The notes beneath the pieces were generated by a model. That model made no database searches and was not told where the DNA came from. It worked only from the letters and a program-made list of their open reading frames with translations. From Verrucomicrobiota bacterium (GTDB lineage: Bacteria > Verrucomicrobiota > Verrucomicrobiia > Limisphaerales > J093), in assembly GCA_012517065.1 (NCBI GenBank), contig JAAYVR010000133.1:258-64257 (forward strand): 64,000 nt of DNA. The letters are read 5' to 3'. Every line of letters begins with the position of its first letter. Position 1 is the stretch's first letter. A program made the position numbers and the translations under genes. This document shows, piece after piece, positions 8,889 to 18,083 of the stretch.

Positions 8889-11042
8889 TCAGCTTCCACA
8901 CGGCAAGAGCACGCCATCGGCAGGGTGTGGCATGTGCGGTTGTTCGGCAGTTGGCCTGTCGCGCAGTTCGAGGATCAGAAGCACCAACGAGAGATTGCGG
9001 AGTGAAACGTTGCGGACCGCAAACCGGATGATGCTTTTTGCAGGGTCGATCGAATTGTCCAAGATGATTGTGTCGCCGCCTTCAAACAGTTTGGACTCCT
9101 GCCAGTCATGGCCGAACACAGTCACTTCCGCCCTGAGGAATGAATGGTCGATCCAGCCTCGATCTTTCAGCATCAGGATTTCCCTGATATGGGCTCTTGC
9201 GAGTTCGGGGTTGTCTTTGTGTGCGGCCAACTCCTGTTCAACATCGTCAAAATCAAGGAACCATTCCTCAGGCAGCCATCGTGGGTACGGCAGGATGTGG
9301 ATGAACTGGGCCTTGTCTTCGGGATACATGGGTTCGAACTGGAAGATGGCAAGGTCTGGCGGTGTAACAGCGCCGTGCTGGAGCACGACGATGTTGTTGT
9401 AGAGGGTTGCGGGCTCGTACATGACGGGGACAGGCCTGCCGTTTTCGTCAAACCCGATAAGCATCTCGCCGGTTTCGGGACCAACTGCCAACCTTGTATT
9501 GTACCGCCCATAACGCCGCCTGATGATTGTGACGCCTTCTCGGTCATAGGACGGTTGGGGATCGTCACCGATATTGATGGTCGGGTGACTGACTTCTATT
9601 TGAGATTCGTCCTTGGGCGAGAAATCCTTGATGATCTGTGTGACCGGATCTTTCAGTGTGAAATCCACACTGCGGCGTTTATCGTCGATGGTGAACAGTG
9701 AATGCATGTAATCAGCAGGCATTACGGTGACATCGCCAAATTTGGGTCGAATGTACATGCCGGTGTTTGTGTTGGCGTTCCATTCTCCATGTTCGAGTAT
9801 ATATGAGCGGGCGGCTTCCTGGCCCTGTGACGTCAATATGGTCGAGACCCGTTCGATCACGGATTGATCTTTTGAGAAGTACACAGCTTTGTTGTCGCTC
9901 AGGTATGCTGTGCGTTCCACCGACGGGTGGCTGTGCATTTTCTGCACGTACCCGGGTTTGTCCTCGGCAAAGGTCACGCCCAAGCCATCAGAAAACCGGC
10001 GTTTCTTGCTGAACCCGAAATACTGCCGTTTCCAATCCGCCAACCACGGGCAAGGGATTCGCGGGTTCTTCAAGTGGCGGAAGGGTATCCGGCCGAACGG
10101 TTCATGGTTCAAGAAAAAGAATGATTCGCGGCCTGCCGCAACGCCACGTTGTCCAAGGACTTCCAGAAACAACGAGAGGAAACTGTTGCGCGCGCCAGGG
10201 CCATTCAAGAAGCATTTCTTGAGCTTGCTCAGGACCGACTTTGAGTTGTCTGGGTCTGCAGATTGGAAAGCGCGTTTTATCCGATCACGCCGCGCTTCCA
10301 AGACCCTGACATCATACATGTGCGTGTCACCGTGGTTTCGATAGAGTGAGTTGAGTTCGTTCTCGAGTTTTTCGAGTTCATCCAATAGAAGATCGAGTGT
10401 TTTGCAGAAACCAGAACCAGCTTCGGAGTTAAACCACTCGACGACAGCAAGGTGTTCCGGGGCATAAGCGCAGATGAGCTTCCCTGCAAGGCGCCCGTCG
10501 CGGGCCGCTGCCCGGTACAACAACAGGTCGGCCTTTAGAAGCTCGTATTCGGTTCTAAGAAGCTTGTACTGGCTCACAAAAGGTTCCTGTCCGAGCAGGT
10601 GAAAAAGCCGGATTGCAACAGCAAAGCCGAAGGCATCCGATTCAGCATCCCACTCTTTCTCAACAAACTTTCGCCGGAATATGAAATTGGGTTCGCCTGG
10701 TGAGCCGGGGTAGTAGCGGACGGCATCACAGTCAAGGTGCTCAGCCACAGAGACGATTAGCGCGGATTTGTTGTTGGGGCTGGCGCACAGCCGACGCCAC
10801 CGCCCAGCAAGGTCCACGTCGTTGAGCGCAAGTCTTTCGATTTGGCCCAGGGCGGCTTCAACTAGCGCTGTCAGGTTGATCCCTTGAGGTCTGATGCTTT
10901 CCACGCGGCATGCGCCGTCGCTTCGTAACTCAAGCAGACAGTCGAGGTCTCGATCGACAGTGCCTTGAATCTCGGAAAACCGGCGGAATCCGAGAAACAG
11001 ATCGTCCGGGGACTTTTTGTGACTGGCCGACGGAGTAGCCAT
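8889..11042 (-). CDS. Hypothetical protein, 717 aa, no domain recognisable by eye
   Basis: A long uninterrupted ORF (track: 8889..11081). I prefer the ATG at 11042 (MATPSASHKKSPDD...). I saw no P-loop, nuclease, transposase or transmembrane motifs. Two 60-nt lines counted by hand (9601, 10321) are 47-48% G+C, against 53% for lines 8401 and 12901 in flanking genes. Confidence 0.7.
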   Translation of the reverse strand: MATPSASHKKSPDDLFLGFRRFSEIQGTVDRDLDCLLELRSDGACRVESIRPQGINLTALVEAALGQIERLALNDVDLAGRWRRLCASPNNKSALIVSVAEHLDCDAVRYYPGSPGEPNFIFRRKFVEKEWDAESDAFGFAVAIRLFHLLGQEPFVSQYKLLRTEYELLKADLLLYRAAARDGRLAGKLICAYAPEHLAVVEWFNSEAGSGFCKTLDLLLDELEKLENELNSLYRNHGDTHMYDVRVLEARRDRIKRAFQSADPDNSKSVLSKLKKCFLNGPGARNSFLSLFLEVLGQRGVAAGRESFFFLNHEPFGRIPFRHLKNPRIPCPWLADWKRQYFGFSKKRRFSDGLGVTFAEDKPGYVQKMHSHPSVERTAYLSDNKAVYFSKDQSVIERVSTILTSQGQEAARSYILEHGEWNANTNTGMYIRPKFGDVTVMPADYMHSLFTIDDKRRSVDFTLKDPVTQIIKDFSPKDESQIEVSHPTINIGDDPQPSYDREGVTIIRRRYGRYNTRLAVGPETGEMLIGFDENGRPVPVMYEPATLYNNIVVLQHGAVTPPDLAIFQFEPMYPEDKAQFIHILPYPRWLPEEWFLDFDDVEQELAAHKDNPELARAHIREILMLKDRGWIDHSFLRAEVTVFGHDWQESKLFEGGDTIILDNSIDPAKSIIRFAVRNVSLRNLSLVLLILELRDRPTAEQPHMPHPADGVLLPCGS

Positions 11043-11136
11043 AACAACAGAGATTAGACACGAATCTGGCCTTGGGCACAACCAAAGAAACTACGTGCCT
11101 GTCCCCATATCGGCATCTGGTCGCGGGTTTCCTTGG

Positions 11137-11200
11137 CCCGGAACTCTCACCGCGAGACCATACCAAGAAGCCCAAAGCTTCATTCCGGCGAGATTTAGGG
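11137..11200. repeat. 65-bp REP-like hairpin element (degenerate arms)
   Basis: The arms are CCCGGAACTCTCACCG (11137-) and CCGGCGAGATTTAGGG (11185-11200). The loop ...ACCAAGAAGCCCAAAGCTTCATT matches 46544-46575 and is inverted relative to the copy at 8762-8826. Confidence 0.7.
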
Positions 11201-11378
11201 GCTGGTTGGCTAAGATTTCGCGCGAATCGGGGCAGGCTCACGGGGAGCATGAAATGCACCATGCTAAATGACCTGTAGCCTCGCGCTTGCAAACAGGGCG
11301 GTTCAGCAATACTTTGTCGGGCGCAATTGTCCGAGCCAAGACCGACATGTTGGTCTTGGCCTTGGACAATTGCAGGGG

Positions 11379-11407
11379 TTGACAACCTGGACAGTGGTCT
11401 TTACCCT
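11379..11407 (+). promoter_or_regulatory. Candidate sigma-70-type promoter upstream of rpsU
   Basis: TTGACA (11379-11384), a 17-nt spacer, then TACCCT (11402-11407), ~85 nt upstream of the rpsU start. The -10 matches only TAnnnT, and the motif rules of this phylum are uncertain. Confidence 0.25.
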
Positions 11408-11490
11408 GCGCTGCCTGACCTGAGGGATGCTGCCCGGCGGCGATGCTGCCGCGCATGGCGTCCGGGTCATAGAGAGGAAGTGAAAAACGA

Positions 11491-11688
11491 TTGACCGAGG
11501 TAAAACTTAAGAAAGGCGAACCCATTGACAAGGCGTTGCGCCGATTGAAGAAGAAGGTTGACCGCGAAGGGATTCTCAAAGAAGTGCGCAACCACAGGCA
11601 CTATGAGAAGCCCAGTGCGCGGCGTCGGCGCAAGATGAAGAACGCCCGGTTTATGGCCATGTTGGCCGCCCGTTACGCGGACATGTAG
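11491..11688 (+). CDS. rpsU: 30S ribosomal protein S21
   Basis: 65-aa ORF with a TTG start. [45 protein letters not shown] is the canonical S21 sequence pattern. Confidence 0.9.
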   Translation: MTEVKLKKGEPIDKALRRLKKKVDREGILKEVRNHRHYEKPSARRRRKMKNARFMAMLAARYADM

Positions 11689-11708
11689 TCCGGATGCTGA
11701 TTTTAGCG

Positions 11709-11746
11709 GGCCGGGTGCTGTGGCAAGACAGCCTCGGCCTTTTTTT
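11709..11746 (+). terminator. Rho-independent terminator after rpsU
   Basis: The stem is GGCCG..GCTGT / ACAGC..CGGCC (11709-11739) with an internal bulge and the loop GGCAAG. A T7 run at 11740-11746 follows, 21 nt after the rpsU stop. Confidence 0.6.
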
Positions 11747-11749
11747 GTC

Positions 11750-12664
11750 ATGTACGCCCTTTCATCCTGTTGGAACTCGAGCCGGCACATCGACGGACGC
11801 GCGATGTTGCGCGAGATTCGGGATTTGGGTTTTGAATATGCCGAGCTGAGCCACGGCATCCGGCTGAGTCTTGTCCCGGGCATCCTTGATGCCGTGGACG
11901 CAGGTGAAATCAAGATTTGCAGTCTGCACAATTTCTGTCCGCTTCCAATTGGGGTGACACATGCCTCGCCCAATGTGTTCAAGTTCACGGCGCTGGACCC
12001 TCGCGAACGCGAAAGCGCCCTCAGACACACGCTGAAAACCCTCGAGTTTGCCGAGCGGGTTCACGCACCGCTGGTCGTGCTCCACCTTGGCGAGGTGGAA
12101 ATGAAAGAATACACCGACACCCTGATTGAAATGACCGAAGAAGGTCAGCGTGACACGCCGAAATACCAGCGTTTGTGCGCAGAGGTGGATGAAAGGCGCG
12201 AATTGCGAAAGACGCAGCACATCATGTTGGCGTATGACATGCTGCGTCGGATTGCCGAACAGGCTGCAGCCCGGAATATCAAGCTCGGCATCGAAAACCG
12301 GGAGGCGATCGAGGAAATCCCGTTCGAGGGCGATTTTCCGTTCTTCTTCAGGGAGTTTGACACAGAGGTGGTCCGTTACTGGCACGACACCGGGCACGCG
12401 CAAATCAAGGAGAACCTCGGTTTCATTTCACACACGATACATCTTGAGTCGCTGGCCGGGTTTGTTGCCGGTTTTCACGTGCATGACGTCGAGTTCCCTG
12501 CTCATGACCATCGTCCGCCAGGGCAGGGGACAATCGATTTCGCGGCTTTGAAGCCGTATGTGAAACCCGAGCATCCGAAAGTGCTTGAATTGCATCCCAA
12601 TTTGCCATCCGAGGCTGTGCTCGCCGGCCTCGCCCATATCAAATCGATCTGGGGCGAGTCTTAA
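11750..12664 (+). CDS. Sugar phosphate isomerase/epimerase (xylose isomerase-like TIM barrel)
   Basis: The track ORF is 11720..12664. I move the start to the ATG at 11750 (MYALSSCWNS...) because 11709-11746 is a terminator hairpin plus T-run. The family pattern is LGFEYAELSHG, VVLHLG, KLGIENRE, HDTGHA and HVHD. Confidence 0.8.
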   Translation: MYALSSCWNSSRHIDGRAMLREIRDLGFEYAELSHGIRLSLVPGILDAVDAGEIKICSLHNFCPLPIGVTHASPNVFKFTALDPRERESALRHTLKTLEFAERVHAPLVVLHLGEVEMKEYTDTLIEMTEEGQRDTPKYQRLCAEVDERRELRKTQHIMLAYDMLRRIAEQAAARNIKLGIENREAIEEIPFEGDFPFFFREFDTEVVRYWHDTGHAQIKENLGFISHTIHLESLAGFVAGFHVHDVEFPAHDHRPPGQGTIDFAALKPYVKPEHPKVLELHPNLPSEAVLAGLAHIKSIWGES

Positions 12665-12679
12665 GCTCAGGGTGTTAAA

Positions 12680-13789
12680 GTGGCCAAAGCTCGCTCCAAA
12701 ATCCCGAACCTTATTCTTCGAGTTGCGATCTGCGTCATTCTGCTTGGATGGGTTTTCCATCAGATTTTCGTCGGCGAAGGGCGGCTTGCATGGGAACGGG
12801 AAGGAGGGGCATGGGATTCTCTGAGCCGAGAGGCCCAATGGCGAATTGCATGGACTCGCGGGCCCGAGGAGCTGTGGCAAGTGTTGGCCCAGGTTCGACC
12901 TGATGCGGCGTTGGTATCGCTTGTTTTCATGGGGGTAACAATTCTGATTGGGGCGCTGCGGTGGCGCATGGTGATGCGCGTTCAGGGGCTGGACCTGTCG
13001 TTTGGGCGGGCGGCTGAGATTTCGCTTGTGGCGCATTTTTTCAATTCGTTTCTGCTGGGCTCGACAGGCGGAGACCTGATGAAGGCTTATTACGCTGCGC
13101 GCGAGACGCATCATTTGAAAACGGAAGCCGTGGCTACGGTGTTCATCGACCGTTTTCTTGGGCTGCTTTCGATGCTTGCGTTTGCATCGCTGATGATGCT
13201 GCCGAACCTGAGTCTGATGGTCAGCCACCGGCGACTGAGCGCTTTGGCCGGCGTGACACTGGCGATGTTGATTGGCGGGCTGCTGGTGGGTGGGGTTGCT
13301 TTTCTTGGCGGGGTGTCGAGGACGTGGCCGCGGGCGCGTGACTGGCTCAGGAAACTGCCCAAGGGCGAGGTGATCGAGCGATCCTTGGAAGCGTGTCGGC
13401 GGTTTGGTCGTGACCGGCGAACGCTGGTCAAGGCAACCGGGCTGTCGATGCTGTTGAATCTTGCGTGTGTATTGCAGATATGGTCGTTGGCTGGTGGTCT
13501 TGGTCTCCAAGTAAATGTGATTGGTTTGTGTGTGATTGTGCCGGTGGTGATAACCATCTCGGCCGTGCCGGTGACACCGAGCGGACTTGGGGTGCGTGAG
13601 AATCTTTATGTTTGGCTTCTGGCGGTTCCGGAGTTGGGGGTTGAAGCGAAACAGGCGCTGTCGCTCTCACTGCTGGCGTATGCTGGCAGTCTCTTTTGGA
13701 GTTTGCTGGGGGGGCTGGTATATGTCACTTTCAGAGAACGGCACCATTTGAGCGAGTTGGTTGCCGAGAATTCAAACCTTGGCGACTGA
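12680..13789 (+). CDS. Flippase-like / lysylphosphatidylglycerol-synthase transmembrane-domain protein (UPF0104 family)
   Basis: 369-aa polytopic membrane ORF with a GTG start. GALRWRMVMRVQGLDLSFGRAAEISLVAHFFNSFLLGSTGGDLMKAYY is the typical family core. Confidence 0.75.
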   Translation: MAKARSKIPNLILRVAICVILLGWVFHQIFVGEGRLAWEREGGAWDSLSREAQWRIAWTRGPEELWQVLAQVRPDAALVSLVFMGVTILIGALRWRMVMRVQGLDLSFGRAAEISLVAHFFNSFLLGSTGGDLMKAYYAARETHHLKTEAVATVFIDRFLGLLSMLAFASLMMLPNLSLMVSHRRLSALAGVTLAMLIGGLLVGGVAFLGGVSRTWPRARDWLRKLPKGEVIERSLEACRRFGRDRRTLVKATGLSMLLNLACVLQIWSLAGGLGLQVNVIGLCVIVPVVITISAVPVTPSGLGVRENLYVWLLAVPELGVEAKQALSLSLLAYAGSLFWSLLGGLVYVTFRERHHLSELVAENSNLGD

Positions 13790-13895
13790 CAGCGCCATTG
13801 TTGCTTTGCGGGCCCAGGAGTCTCACTGAAATGGCGGTCTGGGTACATTGGCTGTCGGCCGGCGCGATTATCGGGCTGGGATTCAGAACGCTTGA

Positions 13896-15281
13896 ATGAA
13901 ACGCACGCCAACATCGGAGCTTTACACACTGGCCAAAGCGGTGGTTGAAAAACTGCAGAACGCCGGTTTTGAGGCTTACCTTGTCGGCGGATGCGTGCGG
14001 GACATGATCCTGGAACGAGAGGCTGGGGATTACGACGTGGCAACGTCGGCCCAACCACACCAGGTGGAAGCCTTGTTCGACCGGACCATACCTGTGGGGC
14101 GGCAATTTGGCATTCTTGTCGTGGTGTTCGGAGGCGCGCAGTTCCAGGTCGCCACTTTCCGAACCGAATCGGATTACAAGGACGGTCGGCGGCCTGACCG
14201 AATCGCTTTTTCGGACGCGCGAGCGGACGCGATGCGCCGCGATTTCACGATCAACGGGCTTTTCTACGATCCGGTGCGGGAACAATTGCACGATTGGGTT
14301 GGCGGCCAGGCTGATCTGACGGCCCGGCTTGTCAGGACAATAGGAAATCCAACCGAGCGATTTGGTGAGGATCATCTGCGGCTGTTGCGCGCCGTGCGTT
14401 TTGCCGTTGAATTGGATTTCGAGATTGAGGATCGAACGCTCGATGCCATTCGTCTTTTGGCGCCGCAAATCAACAGAATCAGCGCCGAACGCATTCGGGC
14501 CGAGCTCCTCAAGATTTTCCGTCCTCCACACGCCGCGCGCGGACTTGTTTTGTTGGAAAGCACGGGGCTGTTGCGGGAAGTCTTGCCCGAAATCGCTGCT
14601 TTCACGTCGTGCGAACAAACGCCGGCTTATCATCCTGAAGGGACTGTTTTCGAGCACGTCCGCCGCATGCTATCGATGCTGTCTCCGGACTCGCCTGAAT
14701 CTCTCGCGTGGGCCGTTTTGTTGCACGACGTCGGAAAACCGCGCGTGGCATCCAAAGACGAAGTCACCGGTGAAATACACTGTTACGAGCACGACAAGGT
14801 CGGCGCCGAGATGGCGGAGGCGATTCTGACCCGGCTGCGTTTTCCGAGAAACCAGATCGAGGAGATCGTTACCGCGGTGCGATACCACATGCAGTTCAAG
14901 CACGCGCGGGAGATGCGCAAGTCAACCATCAGAAGAATCATGGCAAGACCCACTTTCAGGCTCGAATTGGAACTGCATCGGCTTGACTGCCTTGGCTCTC
15001 ACGCTGAACTGGACTGCTACGACTTTTTTGTTCAACAAGCCGAAGCGCTGGCCAACGAACCTGTTCTTCCTCCGCCAATTGTTTCTGGGCACGACCTGAT
15101 CAAACTCGGGATGAAACCCGGGCCGGCAATGGGCGCGCTGTTGGCGGAAATCAGGGAACGCCAGTTGGAAGGGGGGTTTAAGGACCGCGCCCATGCACTT
15201 GCATGGGCAGCGGCGAAGGTCTCACAATCAACAGCGTCAATCGATTCTGGCGCCACGGATTCTGGTCTGGAAAACCGGTGA
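13896..15281 (+). CDS. cca: CCA-adding tRNA nucleotidyltransferase with HD domain
   Basis: 461-aa ORF. It has the PolyA-polymerase head-domain motif YLVGGCVRDMILEREAGDYDVATSA, RDFTINGLFYD, and a C-terminal HD region (LLHDVGKP). Confidence 0.9.
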   Translation: MKRTPTSELYTLAKAVVEKLQNAGFEAYLVGGCVRDMILEREAGDYDVATSAQPHQVEALFDRTIPVGRQFGILVVVFGGAQFQVATFRTESDYKDGRRPDRIAFSDARADAMRRDFTINGLFYDPVREQLHDWVGGQADLTARLVRTIGNPTERFGEDHLRLLRAVRFAVELDFEIEDRTLDAIRLLAPQINRISAERIRAELLKIFRPPHAARGLVLLESTGLLREVLPEIAAFTSCEQTPAYHPEGTVFEHVRRMLSMLSPDSPESLAWAVLLHDVGKPRVASKDEVTGEIHCYEHDKVGAEMAEAILTRLRFPRNQIEEIVTAVRYHMQFKHAREMRKSTIRRIMARPTFRLELELHRLDCLGSHAELDCYDFFVQQAEALANEPVLPPPIVSGHDLIKLGMKPGPAMGALLAEIRERQLEGGFKDRAHALAWAAAKVSQSTASIDSGATDSGLENR

Positions 15282-15340
15282 GTTGACTCCCGCACTTTTG
15301 CGGGCTCAGCGCGCAGACCCGGGCACTTGACTCAAGTATT

Positions 15341-15412
15341 AGCCCGCATATTTCATACCCAAAGTAGTCAGCAAAGCGCGTCTCTTGTGAAGAATTCACA
15401 AATATGCGGGCT
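15341..15412. repeat. 'CCCGCATATT' hairpin element (13-bp perfect terminal inverted arms)
   Basis: AGCCCGCATATTT (15341-15353) and AAATATGCGGGCT (15400-15412) are exact reverse complements. It belongs to the same family as 45572-45643, 46592-46660 and 3650-3717. Confidence 0.8.
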
Positions 15413-15555
15413 TCAGGAAACCTGCGCCCCACCCAACAAGGAGAGAAATTCTCTACAGTGTGTTCGAACCGGCGCTGTCGAAGTCCGCTGCCTCAGACTG
15501 GCCGAGACCAGCTCTGGGAATCGAGATTCTCTTGTGTGGGCGCGGGTTTCCATGA

Positions 15556-15620
15556 CCGGGAAATCTCACCGGATTGAACGCATGTGAGCATGTGGGGCGT
15601 TTGCCGGTGAGATTTCCGGG
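15556..15620. repeat. 65-bp REP-like hairpin element
   Basis: CCGGGAAATCTCACCGG (15556-15572) and CCGGTGAGATTTCCGGG (15604-15620) are exact reverse complements. The element lies between the convergent genes cca and 15629-16522. Confidence 0.85.
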
Positions 15621-15628
15621 TTAGTCGG

Positions 15629-16522
15629 TCAATTCCGATCCTGCGTCTGCGTTCCACTTTGAGGTTGACGCGAGCCGGTTTCGGGAGGCTCAGGTTTGGG
15701 GAAATCGGATGCGCTCTTGATCCGGACTCCTCCGCTGACGGAAATCGTTCCGTCTTCATTGGCGCGGAGTTTGGGCCGGGTTTGGGTGTACTGGTGTGTT
15801 TGTTGGGCCAGCAAGTTCCCGTCCGGGTTGACTTGCACATAAGTGAATGTGCGCGCCCCGGTTTGAAACAGGACGTGCAGATTAGCGTTGCGGTCCAACT
15901 GAGCCTCTGGATGACTGAACGCCAACATCGGGCCGATCGAAATGAGCTTATATACTCTCGTTTCACCCCGATTACTGACCCGGACGTACAGTCTGCTTTG
16001 ATTCTGGTTGAGCGACTGGATGAGAGCGTACTTTCGGACTTCGAGTCCGCTGGGTTGTGTTCCCTCTTTTGGTGGAACGCCAAAATCCTGCTCCCAGATT
16101 TTGGCGCCGGATGTCACCAATACCTGCTTCGACTTGCTGGTCAGTTCGAGGCCAAGCTCTGGAATCCGGACTATGGCCGTGACCTGATAACCGCCGGGCC
16201 TGCCCACGTTGAAATACGGCTCCAAATCGAGCCATCTGGTGCCCCTTGCAGACGAAGGAACCTCGAATGGCTCAACCACCGGCAATTCGCCAAGTTTTTC
16301 AACCACAAACCCTTTTTCCCCTTCCACCGTTACCTGAAGCCAGTCCGGGTCAGCCCCCAGTTTCAACGTTTGCCCGGAGAAATTGGTCACTCGAACGCCT
16401 ACCAGCATTGATTCGCCTGCGAGGTATTGGTCGCGCTCTAGCACGACCTCCACCGTCACCTGTGCGGCGGCGTGAAATGCAATCAAAAAAAAGGCCAGAA
16501 CCCTTGCCAACCGGTGTCTCAT
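15629..16522 (-). CDS. Secreted protein of unknown function
   Basis: The track ORF is 15629..16573. I prefer the ATG at 16522, which gives a signal peptide MRHRLARVLAFFLIAFHAAAQ. The sequence looks beta-rich, with no recognisable catalytic motif. Confidence 0.65.
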   Translation of the reverse strand: MRHRLARVLAFFLIAFHAAAQVTVEVVLERDQYLAGESMLVGVRVTNFSGQTLKLGADPDWLQVTVEGEKGFVVEKLGELPVVEPFEVPSSARGTRWLDLEPYFNVGRPGGYQVTAIVRIPELGLELTSKSKQVLVTSGAKIWEQDFGVPPKEGTQPSGLEVRKYALIQSLNQNQSRLYVRVSNRGETRVYKLISIGPMLAFSHPEAQLDRNANLHVLFQTGARTFTYVQVNPDGNLLAQQTHQYTQTRPKLRANEDGTISVSGGVRIKSASDFPKPEPPETGSRQPQSGTQTQDRN

Positions 16523-16616
16523 TGCGTTCAATCTACGACTCTGTGCTTTGATGGCAAGCTGCAAATCCGCCATCTGAGGTCAAGGACAGCGCACCCGCAT
16601 TCTGGGTTGTCAACTT

Positions 16617-18083
16617 GTGAAGAAGATGTTAACAACCTCGGAGAGCATGCAAGCAACAGCGCCAACCGCAGTGTCTGAGCTGCGCGATTCGTTCGTGGTC
16701 TTCCGGAACAGCCAGGGCAACGAAGCGCGCGGCACGTTACTTCGCCTGACGCGTTATGTCGCGGTGTTCGAAGTCTATAATCCGTACAGCATCGTTCAGT
16801 TGTCTGAGGTTCTGAACGACTGTCGAATTTTCATGGCGGACCGGCTGGTGTACTCGGGCCGGGCCATTGTCAGCAGCCTTGTCAATACCGGTATAATGCT
16901 GATTTGTGAGGCGGAGCTCGACGAATCGTGGCTTGAGGTCGATCTTTTTGCGCCTTTGACGGAGCCGGGCAGGTTGCGGAGCGAGTTCGCCGAGTTTTTG
17001 AAGGAATGGAACAGGGTCGGGCAAATACTGCCCGAATACAAGGTGGCTGTGGCGGACCTTCAGACATATTTTGTTGATTTGCGGCGCTGGCTGGAACAGG
17101 TCGAATTGAGCATCCGTTCTTCGCCCACGGGCGAACGCGGCTTGATGGAAAGGGATGTGATCGACAATTTGCGCGATGACGTGTTGCCTTCGATAGACCG
17201 GCTGTTCAAACGCTTCGAGGACGTGGCGGACGTGGTGCATCCGGACCTGCAGCCTTTGCATCGAACCTACGTGAAACGGCAACTGCACCCGTTGGTTCTC
17301 TGTGCACCGTTCGCCTACAGAACATACCTCAAACCTCTCGGATACGCCGGGGACTATGAGATGGTCAACATGATCCTGCGCGACCCGCACGAAGGCAGCT
17401 CCCTTTTTGCAAAAATGTTGAATGTTTGGCTCCTTGCCCAGCCTTCCGCCGAAGCACACAGAAACAGGGTGAAATACCTCGCAAACATGCTTGACACGGA
17501 GGTGGGCAGGATCGCCGCTACTGGACGAAAAGCCAAGATTCTGAATCTCGGCTGCGGCCCGGCCGGGGAAATTCAGTCTTTCCTGACCCATTCGGCCGTG
17601 GCCGACCACGCAGAGTTCTCGCTTCTTGATTTCAACGACGAAACTCTCGATTACGCTAGGAAAGTGCTGGAGTCGCTCAGGCAGCGGCATCACCGCGGCA
17701 CAGTCCTGAATTTTGAAAAGCGGTCCGTGCACCAGATTCTGAAGGATTCCTCACGAAGAGTGGAACTCCCCCCGGACCGGCAGTATGACCTGATCTACTG
17801 CGCCGGGCTTTTCGACTATCTATCTGACCGGGTATGCAAACGTCTGATGGACCACTTTTATGATTTGCTCGGGCCGGGCGGCCTGCTGGTGGCGACCAAC
17901 GTTGATTCGTCAAACCCGAACAGAAACAGCATGGATTTCATTCTTGAATGGCACCTCACATACAGGGACAAAATGGAGATGGCAAGACTTGCACCTGGCG
18001 CTGCACCCACTGAGCATTGCCTTGTGAAGGCCGACCCAACTCAAGTCAACATTTTCCTTGAAGTGCGCAAGCCATATGCCTGA
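16617..18083 (+). CDS. Class I SAM-dependent methyltransferase with N-terminal PilZ-like barrel; PhcB-like by architecture and context
   Basis: 488-aa ORF (GTG at 16617 or ATG at 16626). The methyltransferase motifs are motif I ILNLGCGPAGEI, motif II YDLIYCAGLFDYLSD and motif III LLGPGGLLVATN. Its stop overlaps the start of the downstream kinase (ATGCCTGA, 18076-18083). Confidence 0.8.
   Translation: MKKMLTTSESMQATAPTAVSELRDSFVVFRNSQGNEARGTLLRLTRYVAVFEVYNPYSIVQLSEVLNDCRIFMADRLVYSGRAIVSSLVNTGIMLICEAELDESWLEVDLFAPLTEPGRLRSEFAEFLKEWNRVGQILPEYKVAVADLQTYFVDLRRWLEQVELSIRSSPTGERGLMERDVIDNLRDDVLPSIDRLFKRFEDVADVVHPDLQPLHRTYVKRQLHPLVLCAPFAYRTYLKPLGYAGDYEMVNMILRDPHEGSSLFAKMLNVWLLAQPSAEAHRNRVKYLANMLDTEVGRIAATGRKAKILNLGCGPAGEIQSFLTHSAVADHAEFSLLDFNDETLDYARKVLESLRQRHHRGTVLNFEKRSVHQILKDSSRRVELPPDRQYDLIYCAGLFDYLSDRVCKRLMDHFYDLLGPGGLLVATNVDSSNPNRNSMDFILEWHLTYRDKMEMARLAPGAAPTEHCLVKADPTQVNIFLEVRKPYA

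Noticed and set aside
11720-11749. Track start at 11720 for the sugar phosphate isomerase gene.
   Set aside because: The first 30 nt coincide with the rpsU terminator hairpin and its T7 run (11709-11746). The ATG at 11750 gives a typical family N-terminus.
15556-15620. Could the recurring CCGGTGAGATTTCCGGG motif be a CRISPR repeat?
   Set aside because: Copies are scattered singly or as inverted pairs across 60 kb. They are not arranged as a regularly spaced direct-repeat array with unique spacers, and no cas genes are present.
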